NCBI GenBank assembly: GCA_038230375.1
Contig: JBBRNJ010000027.1
Location: forward strand, 32,498-96,497
DNA: 64,000 nucleotides
From: Polyangiales bacterium
Lineage (GTDB): Bacteria; Myxococcota_A; Polyangia; Polyangiales; Polyangiaceae
Direction of reading: 5' to 3'
The notes beneath the pieces are model-generated. The model did not search any database. It was not told the DNA's origin and worked only from the letters and a program-made list of their open reading frames with translations. The number at the start of each line of letters is the position of its first letter. Positions within the stretch are counted from its first letter, which is position 1. Below, in pieces: positions 38,755 through 48,737 of the stretch. The position numbers were made by a program, and so were the translations under genes.

Positions 38755-39794
38755 CAGAGCAGTCCTCCCGGCGAGAGATAGGGGCTGAGAATGTCATGCT
38801 CCTCGAGGTACGCGAGAATTTCGTCCTGAGTCATGGCCTTGTCCCTCCCGCTGTGCCACTCGCGGTCGACCACTGGCTGGTCGGCGTACGCCTGACGCAG
38901 CATGGGGGCCATGACGTTCTCGTCGCTTGGCAGCACGACGAGGAGGCGCCCGGCATCACGGGTGCGCGGGATCTCGTCCTCGGCGAGCAGCTCCTCGAAC
39001 AGCTTCTCTCCTGGCCTTGCGCCCGTGTGGGACACGTCAAATGCGCCGCAGCGTAGGCCCTTCGCCATGGCAGCCGCGAGGTCGGTGACGTTGATAGCGC
39101 GCATCTTGGTCACGAAGACTTCGCCGCCACGCGCGCGCTCGCCGGCCTCGAGCACCAACTCGGCGGCCTCGTTGATGCTCATGACGTAGCGGGTCATCGC
39201 CGCGTCTGTGATCGTGACCGGCTCACCGCGAAGGAGCTGCCGCGCGAAGATCGGCACCACCGAGCCGCGCGACCCGATGACGTTGCCGAATCTCACCGCC
39301 ACGAAGCGCGTATTGCGGTTGCCGCGGATCTCGTTGGCGGCGATGACAAGGCGCTCGCCCATCATCTTGCTGGCACCCATGACGTTCGTGGGGTTCACCG
39401 CCTTGTCGCTGGAGGTGAAGACCACTCGGTCCACACTGGCATCCAGCGCGGCGCGCACGACGTTGTTGAGGCCCTGCAGGTTTGTCTGTACGACCTCGAA
39501 CGGGTTGTACTCGCCCAGGCTCACGTGCTTGAGGGCGGCCGTGTGGAAGACCACATCGACACCGGACATTGCAAAGCGGAGGCGGTCGAGGTCACGGATG
39601 TCGCCAAGCTGTGGCACGACGGCCGCCTTGCCCTGCAGGCGCTGCATCAGAAAGAACAGCTCGGTCTCGGCGTGGTCGAAGCACCGAACGGAGCGGGCCA
39701 GAGGAGCGATGCGAGCGGCCACCGCGGAGCCGATCGTTCCCGCTGCCCCGGTGATGAGAACCACCTTGTTCTTGACGTATTCAGGATTGATCAT
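38754..39794 (-). CDS. Soluble UDP-GlcNAc 4,6-dehydratase (Polysacc_synt_2; PseB/PglF/CapD family)
   Basis: ITGAAGTIG, AALKHV, SSDKAVNPTNVMGASK, VRFGNVIGSRGSV, RPGEKLFEEL. Confidence 0.9.
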   Translation of the reverse strand: MINPEYVKNKVVLITGAAGTIGSAVAARIAPLARSVRCFDHAETELFFLMQRLQGKAAVVPQLGDIRDLDRLRFAMSGVDVVFHTAALKHVSLGEYNPFEVVQTNLQGLNNVVRAALDASVDRVVFTSSDKAVNPTNVMGASKMMGERLVIAANEIRGNRNTRFVAVRFGNVIGSRGSVVPIFARQLLRGEPVTITDAAMTRYVMSINEAAELVLEAGERARGGEVFVTKMRAINVTDLAAAMAKGLRCGAFDVSHTGARPGEKLFEELLAEDEIPRTRDAGRLLVVLPSDENVMAPMLRQAYADQPVVDREWHSGRDKAMTQDEILAYLEEHDILSPYLSPGGLL

Positions 39795-40081
39795 GGCGAA
39801 CGCTCGTGCCCTTGTCCGGTGCGATAACAACCTCGGACGTTCAGGCAGGGCGTTACTACCAGAAATGCCGCAAAGTACGAACGTCTCTCCCTTCGTCAGT
39901 CGCTGGGTGGTGGAGCGCGCCGCCTGGACAAAAATACAGTACCCGCGGCGGGACGGGCGAGATGCGAGGTTTGAATCAGGCTCGCGTTGCTGGCATCCAA
40001 TGCTATTCGCAGGGTCGCCGCGATCTCCTCTCCGCACCACATGAAGACTCTCCCCCACCTCCGCTCAAGGAGCACCGCGCC

Positions 40082-41449
40082 GTGAACGATCTCGTAATGA
40101 CCATCGCGGTCATGGTGATCCTGAGCGTCGGAACGGCGATCGCGTCACGCCGTGTCCCGGAGGAGCTACGCACGTGGGTTTGGCTTGGGTTCGCGGAGTA
40201 CATGGGATGCTGTGCAGCCCAGCAGATCTGGACCCAGTATGTCATCGAGGGTGGCGACACGCTGCTCTACACCCAACGCGGCGCCATCCTCACGAAGTAC
40301 CTGGACCTGTCCTTCAGCTATGCGGGGCCCGAGGTCCTGAACATGTTGCTCCAGCAGCCAAGCGCGTTCGACAACGTGCGCGGCATCATCGGCGCCGGCT
40401 CGAACACCGGATCCATGGTCGCGGCTGCGGGGTTCCTCCAGTATTTCTTTAATGGTTCGGCGACGGCCGCTCAGTTCGTCACGGCCGGTGCCTCCTTCTT
40501 TGCGGCGCTCATGCTCTTCAAGGCGCTTCACGAAAGGCAACCAGATCTCAACGCAAAGCACGTGTTCCTCGCAACGGTGCTCTTCCCCTCGATCGCCTTC
40601 TGGACATCCGCGATCCTGAAAGAGGCGTTTTGCTCGATGGGGATCGGACTTGTCCTCGGCTGCTGGCGTTACCTGTACGCCCAGAAGTATGTGCGCGCGC
40701 TACTCGTAGGCCCTCTGGGTCTTCTCCTCATCGCCTTGTTTCGCGCCCCTACGATCCCCCCACTCGCGCTCGGGATCGCGCTCTACTTCGTGTACGACCG
40801 GTTGCGGAAGGCGCGCGGCTCCGACGTGGTCGTGCTTGGCCCCCTCTACCTTGCCGTCGGGATTTTTCTGGTCGTCGGCGGTCTCATCTTGCTCAGTCAG
40901 ATCGACCCGTCACTCGGCATCGATCGGATCGGCGACACGATGGCCCGGAAGCAAGCGCTTTGGGCGAGCGCGCAGGGCGGCTCGAACATCGACGACGAAG
41001 AAGACGTGGCCCCCGCTACACCGCTCGAGCAGTTGAGTCACGTGCCACTCGCCCTGGTCAACGCGCTGTTCAGACCACAGCTGTTCGACGTCCACAACCT
41101 CCCCACGCTCGTGAGCGCCCTGGAGATGACCTTCGTCACGTACCATCTCGTCCGGACCGTGTGGAAGACAGGGATCCGTGGGGTCCTCACCGAGATCGAG
41201 CGCTCGCCGCTGTTGCTCATGTCCACCGTCATTGCGTTCGTCGGCTGCGCCTTCGTCGGACTCGTGACGTACAACCTCGGTAGCCTCGCGCGCTACCGCG
41301 TTCCCTACTTGCCATTCTACGCAATGTTCATCGTGTTCCTGTACAGGCGTACCCAGAACCCACTCCACGTTGTGGCCGCGCCTGCAGCTGCGAAGGCGAC
41401 GACCGTACCGGTGCCTGCCGTCGCGCGGGGTGGTCGCCGCAGCGCATGA
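40082..41449 (+). CDS. Multi-pass membrane protein, probable Wzy-like polymerase
   Basis: About 11 TM helices; FWTSAILKEA, NLGSLARYR; lies in a glycan locus. Confidence 0.6.
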   Translation: MNDLVMTIAVMVILSVGTAIASRRVPEELRTWVWLGFAEYMGCCAAQQIWTQYVIEGGDTLLYTQRGAILTKYLDLSFSYAGPEVLNMLLQQPSAFDNVRGIIGAGSNTGSMVAAAGFLQYFFNGSATAAQFVTAGASFFAALMLFKALHERQPDLNAKHVFLATVLFPSIAFWTSAILKEAFCSMGIGLVLGCWRYLYAQKYVRALLVGPLGLLLIALFRAPTIPPLALGIALYFVYDRLRKARGSDVVVLGPLYLAVGIFLVVGGLILLSQIDPSLGIDRIGDTMARKQALWASAQGGSNIDDEEDVAPATPLEQLSHVPLALVNALFRPQLFDVHNLPTLVSALEMTFVTYHLVRTVWKTGIRGVLTEIERSPLLLMSTVIAFVGCAFVGLVTYNLGSLARYRVPYLPFYAMFIVFLYRRTQNPLHVVAAPAAAKATTVPVPAVARGGRRSA

Positions 41450-42120
41450 CGATGAACTCGTTCTACCGGCGTCACGGAAAGCGCCTGCTCGACCTGTCAC
41501 TCACAATCCCGGCAGTGGTGCTGGCGGCCCCGCTCTTGATTGGCGCGTGCGTTGCGATCCGGGCGACGATGGGACACCCGTTGGTCTTTCGCCATCGGCG
41601 GCCGGGCAAGGACGGCAAACCCTTCGTGCTCCTCAAGTTCCGCACGATGAGCCGCGCACGAGATGACGAGGGCCATCCCCTCTCTGATCACGAGCGCCTC
41701 ACGCGGCTGGGGCGGTTCCTTCGCCGGAGCAGCCTGGACGAACTGCCCACGCTCATCAACGTGCTTCGTGGTGACATGAGCCTTGTGGGCCCACGTCCGC
41801 TCCTCATGGAGTACCTGCCCAGATACACGGCGGTGCACGCGCGACGGCATGAGGTGAAGCCGGGCATCACCGGACTTGCGCAGATAGAGGGGCGACACAC
41901 ATCGAAGTTCAGCGAACGCCTCGCACGCGACGTGCGCTATGTGGACGAGTGCTCGCTCGCGCTAGATCTTCGTATCCTGCTGAAGACCGCCCGCACCCTC
42001 CTGTTCGCGGAGAGTGTGGTAGACGAGCAGATGGGTCGCGTTGAAGACATCGATGACGTCGGCCTCTACGTGGTGAACGGGAAGCACATCACGTTCGCAC
42101 GTGACGAGAAAGGTACGTGA
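41446..42120 (+). CDS. Monotopic phosphoglycosyl transferase, PglC-like (copy 1)
   Basis: KRLLD, KFRTM, SLDELP, GDMSLVGPRP, KPGITGLAQ. Confidence 0.93.
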   Translation: MTMNSFYRRHGKRLLDLSLTIPAVVLAAPLLIGACVAIRATMGHPLVFRHRRPGKDGKPFVLLKFRTMSRARDDEGHPLSDHERLTRLGRFLRRSSLDELPTLINVLRGDMSLVGPRPLLMEYLPRYTAVHARRHEVKPGITGLAQIEGRHTSKFSERLARDVRYVDECSLALDLRILLKTARTLLFAESVVDEQMGRVEDIDDVGLYVVNGKHITFARDEKGT

Positions 42121-42123
42121 ACG

Positions 42124-42846
42124 ATGACCACGCCCGCCGACGATCTCGCGAAGTTCTGGCACGACTATTTCGTAAAGACCATGGCGACCGCCGACGGACG
42201 AGTCGCCACGTGGCTCGACTACTCGTCAGATGAGCGCCGCGGTCGCGCCGTGCAATCGCAGACGCGCGCGTTGGTGATCGAGGCCGCCGGTTCCGTCGCC
42301 AACCTGCGGTGCCTCGATGCTGGCTGCGGCTTTGGCCAACTCGGGCGCAGCCTCGAGGTGGTGGAGGCCAAGGTCACCGCGATGGACATCGTGGATGAGA
42401 TGCTGGAGCCCGGACGCCGCGCACATCCCGCCGTGACCTGGGTAACGGGCAGCTTCATGGACCCTGCGCAGACGGCGGCGCTTGGTACGTTCGACCGTGT
42501 GTTCTGCATCGAGGCGCTGCAACTCGTCGGCGCGGTGGAGGGCATCGATGCACTGTGGAGCCTCGTGGCCCCGGGCGGTCAGCTCATTGCCACACTCCCC
42601 AACGCCGAGGACGCCGTCGCGAAGAAGGTCGCAGCGAACATCAAGGGTCGCTACGAGGGCCTGTCTCCGTCCGCGCTCACCGCGGCCGTGACGGCGCTGC
42701 CGCTGCTCGACTTTTGGCGCGTCCGGGCGATGATGTTTGCGGAGGACCAGCGCCTCTCTCCATATCTCGCGTCACCGTGGACCAGCCAGCCAGAGTGGTC
42801 GTTTACGCCGAACCGTCTGCTCTTCGTGGCCGTCAAGAAGGCCTGA
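42124..42846 (+). CDS. Class I SAM-dependent methyltransferase
   Basis: CLDAGCGFG, FDRVFC, APGG. Confidence 0.8.
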   Translation: MTTPADDLAKFWHDYFVKTMATADGRVATWLDYSSDERRGRAVQSQTRALVIEAAGSVANLRCLDAGCGFGQLGRSLEVVEAKVTAMDIVDEMLEPGRRAHPAVTWVTGSFMDPAQTAALGTFDRVFCIEALQLVGAVEGIDALWSLVAPGGQLIATLPNAEDAVAKKVAANIKGRYEGLSPSALTAAVTALPLLDFWRVRAMMFAEDQRLSPYLASPWTSQPEWSFTPNRLLFVAVKKA

Positions 42847-42869
42847 GCACGCCGACCGGCAGGCCGTGC

Positions 42870-43523
42870 TCACCGCGTGTCGTGTCGAGTCGACTGGATT
42901 TGCGCGGGAACGCCGACGACCGTGACGCCCGCCTCGACGTCCTTCGTGACCACGGCGCCGGCGCCCACGGTGGACCCCATTCCCACGGTCAGGTACTGAA
43001 GGATCTGGGCGCCGGTTCCGACGAGACATCCGTCGCCGATCTGTACTCCGCCGCTGATGTTTGCACCTGGGTTGATGACAGCGCCACGACCGATGACAGC
43101 CTCGTGGCCCAGGGTGGCGCCAAAGTTCACCATGCACAGCTCGTGGAGCACGACGTTCGTCGTGAGGATGGCGCCTGCGCCGAGCATGACTCCCTCGCCT
43201 AACTTCATGGTCTCGCGATCGAAGACGACCGATGGGTGGACGATGGGCGGCCACGGAATTTTCGGATGGCGCGCGCGTAGACGCTCGGCCACACGCAGCC
43301 GCGCCATGGGCGTGCCGATGCCGAGCGCCAGGCCGTCGATCTCGCCGATGTGCGCATCGATCCACGATTCGTCGCCCACCACGCGATCACGGCTGTCGTT
43401 CTCACCGAGCTTGGAGAGGTCCGACACCACGAATCCAAGACACTGGTCTCCCAGATCGCGGAGATACCAAGCTAGCTCGCGGGCCTGACCACCGGCGCCA
43501 AGGACAACGATGCGACGTTTCAC
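42870..43523 (-). CDS. PglD/NeuD-like hexapeptide-repeat sugar acetyltransferase
   Basis: VLGAGGQARE, IVHPS, GHE, VGAGAVVTKDV, VVGVPA. Confidence 0.9.
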   Translation of the reverse strand: MKRRIVVLGAGGQARELAWYLRDLGDQCLGFVVSDLSKLGENDSRDRVVGDESWIDAHIGEIDGLALGIGTPMARLRVAERLRARHPKIPWPPIVHPSVVFDRETMKLGEGVMLGAGAILTTNVVLHELCMVNFGATLGHEAVIGRGAVINPGANISGGVQIGDGCLVGTGAQILQYLTVGMGSTVGAGAVVTKDVEAGVTVVGVPAQIQSTRHDTR

Positions 43524-44170
43524 GATGGTTCCGCCGCCGCGCCTGCGGTCTTGCACGGGCCCATGTACTCGCTCATGGTCGCATGGCCCTCGCGGGAGAC
43601 GCCTTTCGGCGCGAGCACCCGCCACACCGTCATGCCCAGGATTTGCGCGTCGAGCCAGAGGCTCCAGTGGTCCACGTAGTGGACGTCCAGCGCGAATTTC
43701 TCGTCCCAGCTGAGCGCGTTGCGCCCGTTCACTTGTGCCCAGCCGGTGATGCCGGGCAGGACCTCGTGGCGGCGAAATTGGTCTGGCGTGTAGCGCCCGA
43801 TGTACTGCATGAGGAGCGGCCGCGGACCGACCAGGCTCATGTCGCCGCGAAGCACGTTGAACAGCTGGGGGAGCTCGTCGAGGCTGGTCCTCCGTAGCAG
43901 TTTGCCTGTGGCGGTGAGGCGCCCGCCGTCGAATGCGGGGATGCCTTCGTGGGTCGCGCTGCTCCGCATCGTCCGGAACTTGAGGAGGCGGAAGGGCTCG
44001 CCATTCTTGCCGGGACGGAGCTGTCGGAAGAGCACGGGTCGCCCGTCCGTCAGCGCGATCGCCGCAGCGACACCCACCATCACTGGCGCGCTGAGGCCGA
44101 GCGCAGCCCCGGCCACCGCGACGTCCACGGCGCGCTTTACCCAGCCCTGCAGTCCCCTCTGTCTGGTCAT
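43520..44170 (-). CDS. Monotopic phosphoglycosyl transferase, PglC-like (copy 2)
   Basis: KFRTM, TSLDELPQLFNV, GPRP, PGITGWAQVNGRNALSW. Confidence 0.93.
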   Translation of the reverse strand: MTRQRGLQGWVKRAVDVAVAGAALGLSAPVMVGVAAAIALTDGRPVLFRQLRPGKNGEPFRLLKFRTMRSSATHEGIPAFDGGRLTATGKLLRRTSLDELPQLFNVLRGDMSLVGPRPLLMQYIGRYTPDQFRRHEVLPGITGWAQVNGRNALSWDEKFALDVHYVDHWSLWLDAQILGMTVWRVLAPKGVSREGHATMSEYMGPCKTAGAAAEPS

Positions 44171-44292
44171 GGCGACCGCATCATCCCCGTTTCCGGCCTG
44201 TTCGCCCCAACGATAGGAGCGTGGAGCCGAGCCAAGCGTTCACAAAACCGTACACTCTTCCAACGCTTTAATCTGTATCAGGCTCCTGTTGT

Positions 44293-45348
44293 TCACTTGC
44301 GGTATGCAGGGAAGAAGCCCGTGAGTGTATCCCGTTCCATGCCTGTCCCGATGGCGTGGGCCGTTCGAGATGCCAGGAAGTCTTCGTAGCGTTTCTCATC
44401 CACGATCAGGCGGAACGTGTTGAACGGCGCACGTCCCCTGGAGAACCCTCCCTTGAACCTGAAGAGCGAGTCCTCCGCTCCGCCGACACCGCCACCGAGA
44501 TGGAGCACCAAGTTCCCACGTGCTTTTGCCCACTTCCTGACGTGGTCCAGCATGAGCTTTGTGGGCCGTTCCTTCTGGTACGCCGCGGCCGAGCCCGAGA
44601 GGTGGTATTCGACGATTCCGCAGGTCTCGACGAAGAGGCCCGCGGCCGCAATCACGCCATCGATCTCGACCACGGCGAGCGAGAGCTTTGGTCCCAGCGA
44701 GTCGCGCAGCTGCGTGAGGTACTGATTGTCGAAGTAGTAATACTGGGTAGCTCCCACGCGGTCCATGGTCTCGCGATAGAGATCCAGGAAGCGCCCGCCC
44801 GCGGCGAAATCGGTGTCGATGCGCGCGACGTGTCCGGCGCGCAGCGAGCGGTTGATCTCGTTTCGATGGCCCGAGGCAGTGTCGCGCCACATCACCTCTT
44901 CGCTTGCCGTGAGGTCGACGGAGATGGTCTCGCCGTGAGCGACGATGGCAGCGACGCCTGTGGTCTCGATCCTGGGTATCGGCCCGAGGACAGGGTGAAT
45001 GCGCGCGAACAGGCTCACGCAGCCGGCCTCATGAAGGATTCCGCGCGCCGCGAGGAGCGCGCGCGCGGAGAAGACCCCTGGGTCCTCATCGCGTGCGGTG
45101 ACGAGCGGACCTGGATATCCGTACGGTGAAGTCGCGTCCCAGAGGGCCGTCCCGCCCCCGATCTCCCGCTTGATGATGGGGAGGAGTAGTGCCGAGTCTC
45201 CTTCTTCTACGTACAGGGCGGCGGCGCTCCCGCCATCCGTCGAAGCAGAGAGTCGGGCGTAGGTGGGCAGGTGGTAGAAGTCGTGCCGGACTCGCTCGAG
45301 TTGGCGGATCCACTTCGAGGAGTCGGTGGCGAGCAGCTCAGCCTTCAC
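44293..45348 (-). CDS. FemAB-like / GNAT (Acetyltransf_6) protein
   Basis: DATSPYGYPGP, YHLSGS, LHLGGG, SLFRFKGGFS. Confidence 0.8.
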   Translation of the reverse strand: MKAELLATDSSKWIRQLERVRHDFYHLPTYARLSASTDGGSAAALYVEEGDSALLLPIIKREIGGGTALWDATSPYGYPGPLVTARDEDPGVFSARALLAARGILHEAGCVSLFARIHPVLGPIPRIETTGVAAIVAHGETISVDLTASEEVMWRDTASGHRNEINRSLRAGHVARIDTDFAAGGRFLDLYRETMDRVGATQYYYFDNQYLTQLRDSLGPKLSLAVVEIDGVIAAAGLFVETCGIVEYHLSGSAAAYQKERPTKLMLDHVRKWAKARGNLVLHLGGGVGGAEDSLFRFKGGFSRGRAPFNTFRLIVDEKRYEDFLASRTAHAIGTGMERDTLTGFFPAYRK

Positions 45349-45523
45349 GAGCCGCGCTGACGTCGCAATGGCTGAGACCTAGGCACACCACACAACCTTC
45401 CAACGGCTCGCTGCGACGAGAAGGATTTCCGCCGCCGCCCGAAGGAACATAACAGATTCAGACCCGAAAATCATGCGGTCGCGCGGAGACCGCCGTCCTA
45501 GCACCGTGGTAGCGTGGCGCTCG

Positions 45524-46717
45524 ATGAAGGTCGCACACGTCACCACCATTGACGCGTCACTGCGGTACCTCCTCCTGCATCAAATGCAGGCCATTCAGGC
45601 CGAGGGCCACGAGGTGTTCGGCATCTCGTCGGACGGGGAGGACGTGCAGGTCCTCGTGGCAGGCGGCATTGGCCACTTCTCCGCGCCCTTGACCCGCGCC
45701 ATGCGCCCGCTGGCGGACCTCCGCGCGCTCGTCGCGCTTACCCGCATCATGCGCCGCGAGAAGTTCACCGTCGTGCACACGCACACCCCGAAGGGCGGCC
45801 TTCTTGGACAATACGCGGCGCTCTTCGCCGGGGTGCCCGTCCGCGTCCACACCATCCACGGGCTCTACGTGCCGGGCCACGCGAGCCCGCGCGCGCGGTT
45901 CGTGTTCATCGCGCTCGAGCGCATCACAATGCTCTTCTCGCAGCACAACTTCTCGCAGAATCCGGAGGACATCCCCACGGCGATCCGCGAGAAGATCTCC
46001 GCGCCCGAGAAGCTCGAGCTCATCGGCAACGGAATCGACATCTCCGCGTTCGACCCGGCCCTCTACTCCGCCGAGGCTCGCGCGGAGAAGCGGCGCTCGC
46101 TCGGCCTCACACCTGAGCATCTCGTCGTCGGCATGGTGGCTCGGCTGGTGACGGAGAAGGGGTATCGCGAGATGTTCCAGGCCGCGCGCGAGATCAAGGC
46201 GCGAGAGCCGCGTGCGCGGTTCGTCTTCATCGGACAGTTCGAGCCCGACAAGCCCGATGCAATAGAGGCCGACGCTCTTCGCGAGAATGGCATCGACGAT
46301 GTGGCGCAGTTCCTTGGCCATCGCAACGATGTGCCCGAGCTGTTGTCGACGATGGATGTCCTCACGTTGCCCTCCTACCGCGAGGGCTTCCCGCGCTCGG
46401 TCATGGAAGGCGCAGCGATGGGGATGCCCACGGTCGTGACGGACATCCGCGGATGTCGTCAGACCGTCGAAGATGGAGTCACGGGAATCGTCATCCCTGC
46501 GAAGGACGCGAGTGCCCTTGCCCGCGCACTACTCTCGCTCCTGGCGGACCCGGTGAAGCGCGCGGAGATGGGGAAGGCAGGTCGCGAGAAGGCGCTCCGC
46601 GAGTTCGACGAGCGCGTGGTGTTCGAACGCATCCTTCGGCGCTATCGGACGCTGCTGGAACGCGTGCGCACGCAGCCCGCGGACGTCAAACCTTGCGTGC
46701 CTGGAAGACCGGCTTGA
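45524..46717 (+). CDS. Glycosyltransferase family 4 (PglA/CapM-like)
   Basis: HTHTPKGG, GNGID, ARLVTEKG, LPSYREGFPRSVMEG. Confidence 0.92.
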   Translation: MKVAHVTTIDASLRYLLLHQMQAIQAEGHEVFGISSDGEDVQVLVAGGIGHFSAPLTRAMRPLADLRALVALTRIMRREKFTVVHTHTPKGGLLGQYAALFAGVPVRVHTIHGLYVPGHASPRARFVFIALERITMLFSQHNFSQNPEDIPTAIREKISAPEKLELIGNGIDISAFDPALYSAEARAEKRRSLGLTPEHLVVGMVARLVTEKGYREMFQAAREIKAREPRARFVFIGQFEPDKPDAIEADALRENGIDDVAQFLGHRNDVPELLSTMDVLTLPSYREGFPRSVMEGAAMGMPTVVTDIRGCRQTVEDGVTGIVIPAKDASALARALLSLLADPVKRAEMGKAGREKALREFDERVVFERILRRYRTLLERVRTQPADVKPCVPGRPA

Positions 46718-48737
46718 TCATCGGGCCGTCCAGGAAGCGGTCAGGCGACGACTCAGCAAGCCAGCCGGCCAGCGTCTTGAAGATCTCGGCGTAGGCCTGA
46801 AGCGTCTGGTCGGTCGAGGCCTCGTCGTGGGCGGCGCACATGTTGTGCGTGACGAGCATGAGCAGGCCACGCTTCAGCGCCTCCTGCTGGAACAGGCTGC
46901 GCTCGAGCAGGCCGTCCTTGCCGTCCTTGTCCTTGAATCGCATCAGCGACCACGTCGGTGACCCAATGCACTCGAAGCGCGCGGCAAGCCCCGCTTCCTT
47001 CGCAAGCGCGTTGAACCCATCCTGAACGCGCCGGCCCTGCGTCTGCATGCGCGTGAGGGCGTCCGTGCGCTCCAGGATGTCCAGCACCTTGAGCGAAGCG
47101 GCCATGGACGCCACCTCACCGCCGAACGTGAAGCTGAAGAAGATCTCGTCGAAGACGGTCATCACGTCGGCGCGGCCCACCACGCATGCGATCGGGAACC
47201 CGTTGCCCATTGCCTTGCCAAAGCACGCCATGTCGGGAGTGACGCCGTACTTCTTCTGCGCGCCGCCAAGGCCAAAGTGAAACCCGCTGCAGATCTCGTC
47301 GAAGACGAGCAGGGCGCCGTGCTTGTGCGCGAGCTCCTTCACGCCCTGCAGGTAGCCGGGCTTTGGCTCGGTGAAGTTGACCGGCTCCATGATGACTGCC
47401 GCGAACTCGCCCGCGTGTGTGGCAAGGATCTTCTCCAGCGCGTCGAGATCGTTGTAAGCGAACGGATGCGTGAGCTCGCGCACCGCACCAGGAACGCCCG
47501 CGTTACGCGTGGTGGTGCCGATGAACCAGTCTTGCCAGCCGTGGTAGCCCGAGCACGCGATGCGCTCACGTCCCGTCTTGGCGCGCGCTGCGCGCACGGC
47601 GCCTGCAGTGGCGTCAGATCCGTTCTTGCCGAAGCGGACCATCTCTGCGCACGGGATGAGGCGCGTGAGACGCTCGGCGAGCTCGACCTCGACCGGGTGC
47701 GGCATCGAGAAGCTGTTCCCTTCCGCGAGCTGCGCGATCGCGGCTTCGTTCACCTCGGGGTGGGCATAGCCAAGGATGTTGGGAAGCAGCCCCTGCACGT
47801 AGTCGACGTATTCGTGCCCGTCGACATCCCATACACGGCAGCCCTTGCCACGTTGCAGGAACATCGGCGCGGTGCCGCGGACGTACTGGGTGTAGCTCTT
47901 GCTGAACGTCTGCGCGCAGCCGGGAATGACCTTCCTGGCCCGCTCGAGCAGTGCCTCTGACTTAGGGTGCTCGCGCTTCGGCGCTGCCCCGGCGCGCGCG
48001 TGCTTGAAGAGACCCTTGTAGAAGCCCTCGTTCGAGATGTCTGCAGACTGCATGGATCGAATCTCCGGATGTTGATCGAGCACGGAAAGCACGTCCGCGA
48101 GCATGAACGTCTCACGGTTCTTCACGGCGCCGTACACGGCGCGGACGAAATCAAGGTCGCGCTGGGAGTCCACGGTCCAGCGCTGGCTGGAGAGGTCCGC
48201 GGTGTGCTCCAGGCTTGCGCGTGAGAAGCCGGCATCTCGCCGGATGAACGGAGTTACGTGCTCGCGATCGGACTGCGACGTTGCCTCGGTCCATGCTCGC
48301 GTGAGGGCGGCGAAGGAAAATACCTCCGCGTCCAGGCCATCGGGGAAGGTTGGGCGAGCGACGTTGGACGTGTAGTCCACGCCCTGCCGCAGGTGTGTCT
48401 CGATCACCCGGTCGATGACGTCTGGGTCGATCAGTGGGCAGTCCGCCGTGATGCGCACGACGATGTCGGCAGACGCCGCACGCGCCGCGGCGTGATAGCG
48501 GTCGAGCACGTCGTCCTCGCTGCCGCGCATGCAAAGGATCCCGCGCGCCTCACACAGCTTCGCAACAGCGTCATCCGACGCAGCCGTGGACGTCGCGAGT
48601 GCGACCTTGTCGACGCGCTTGGCCTGCCTCACGCGGGCAACGACGCGCACGAGCATGGGCTCGCCGTGTATGTCCGCGAGCACCTTTCCCGGAAGGCGAG
48701 ATGAGCCCATGCGGGCCTGGATGATGGCGACGATCAC
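46686..48737 (-). CDS. Fusion of SpsF-like cytidylyltransferase and class III (GSA-like) PLP aminotransferase
   Basis: N-terminal IIQARMGSSRLPGKV/DREHVT; C-terminal GKNGSDA, GYHGW, FDEI, FGKAMGNG. Confidence 0.9.
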   Translation of the reverse strand: MIVAIIQARMGSSRLPGKVLADIHGEPMLVRVVARVRQAKRVDKVALATSTAASDDAVAKLCEARGILCMRGSEDDVLDRYHAAARAASADIVVRITADCPLIDPDVIDRVIETHLRQGVDYTSNVARPTFPDGLDAEVFSFAALTRAWTEATSQSDREHVTPFIRRDAGFSRASLEHTADLSSQRWTVDSQRDLDFVRAVYGAVKNRETFMLADVLSVLDQHPEIRSMQSADISNEGFYKGLFKHARAGAAPKREHPKSEALLERARKVIPGCAQTFSKSYTQYVRGTAPMFLQRGKGCRVWDVDGHEYVDYVQGLLPNILGYAHPEVNEAAIAQLAEGNSFSMPHPVEVELAERLTRLIPCAEMVRFGKNGSDATAGAVRAARAKTGRERIACSGYHGWQDWFIGTTTRNAGVPGAVRELTHPFAYNDLDALEKILATHAGEFAAVIMEPVNFTEPKPGYLQGVKELAHKHGALLVFDEICSGFHFGLGGAQKKYGVTPDMACFGKAMGNGFPIACVVGRADVMTVFDEIFFSFTFGGEVASMAASLKVLDILERTDALTRMQTQGRRVQDGFNALAKEAGLAARFECIGSPTWSLMRFKDKDGKDGLLERSLFQQEALKRGLLMLVTHNMCAAHDEASTDQTLQAYAEIFKTLAGWLAESSPDRFLDGPMIKPVFQARKV

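Noticed and set aside
46686..47990. Aminotransferase domain as hemL
   Set aside because: Fused to a cytidylyltransferase with no tetrapyrrole genes around.
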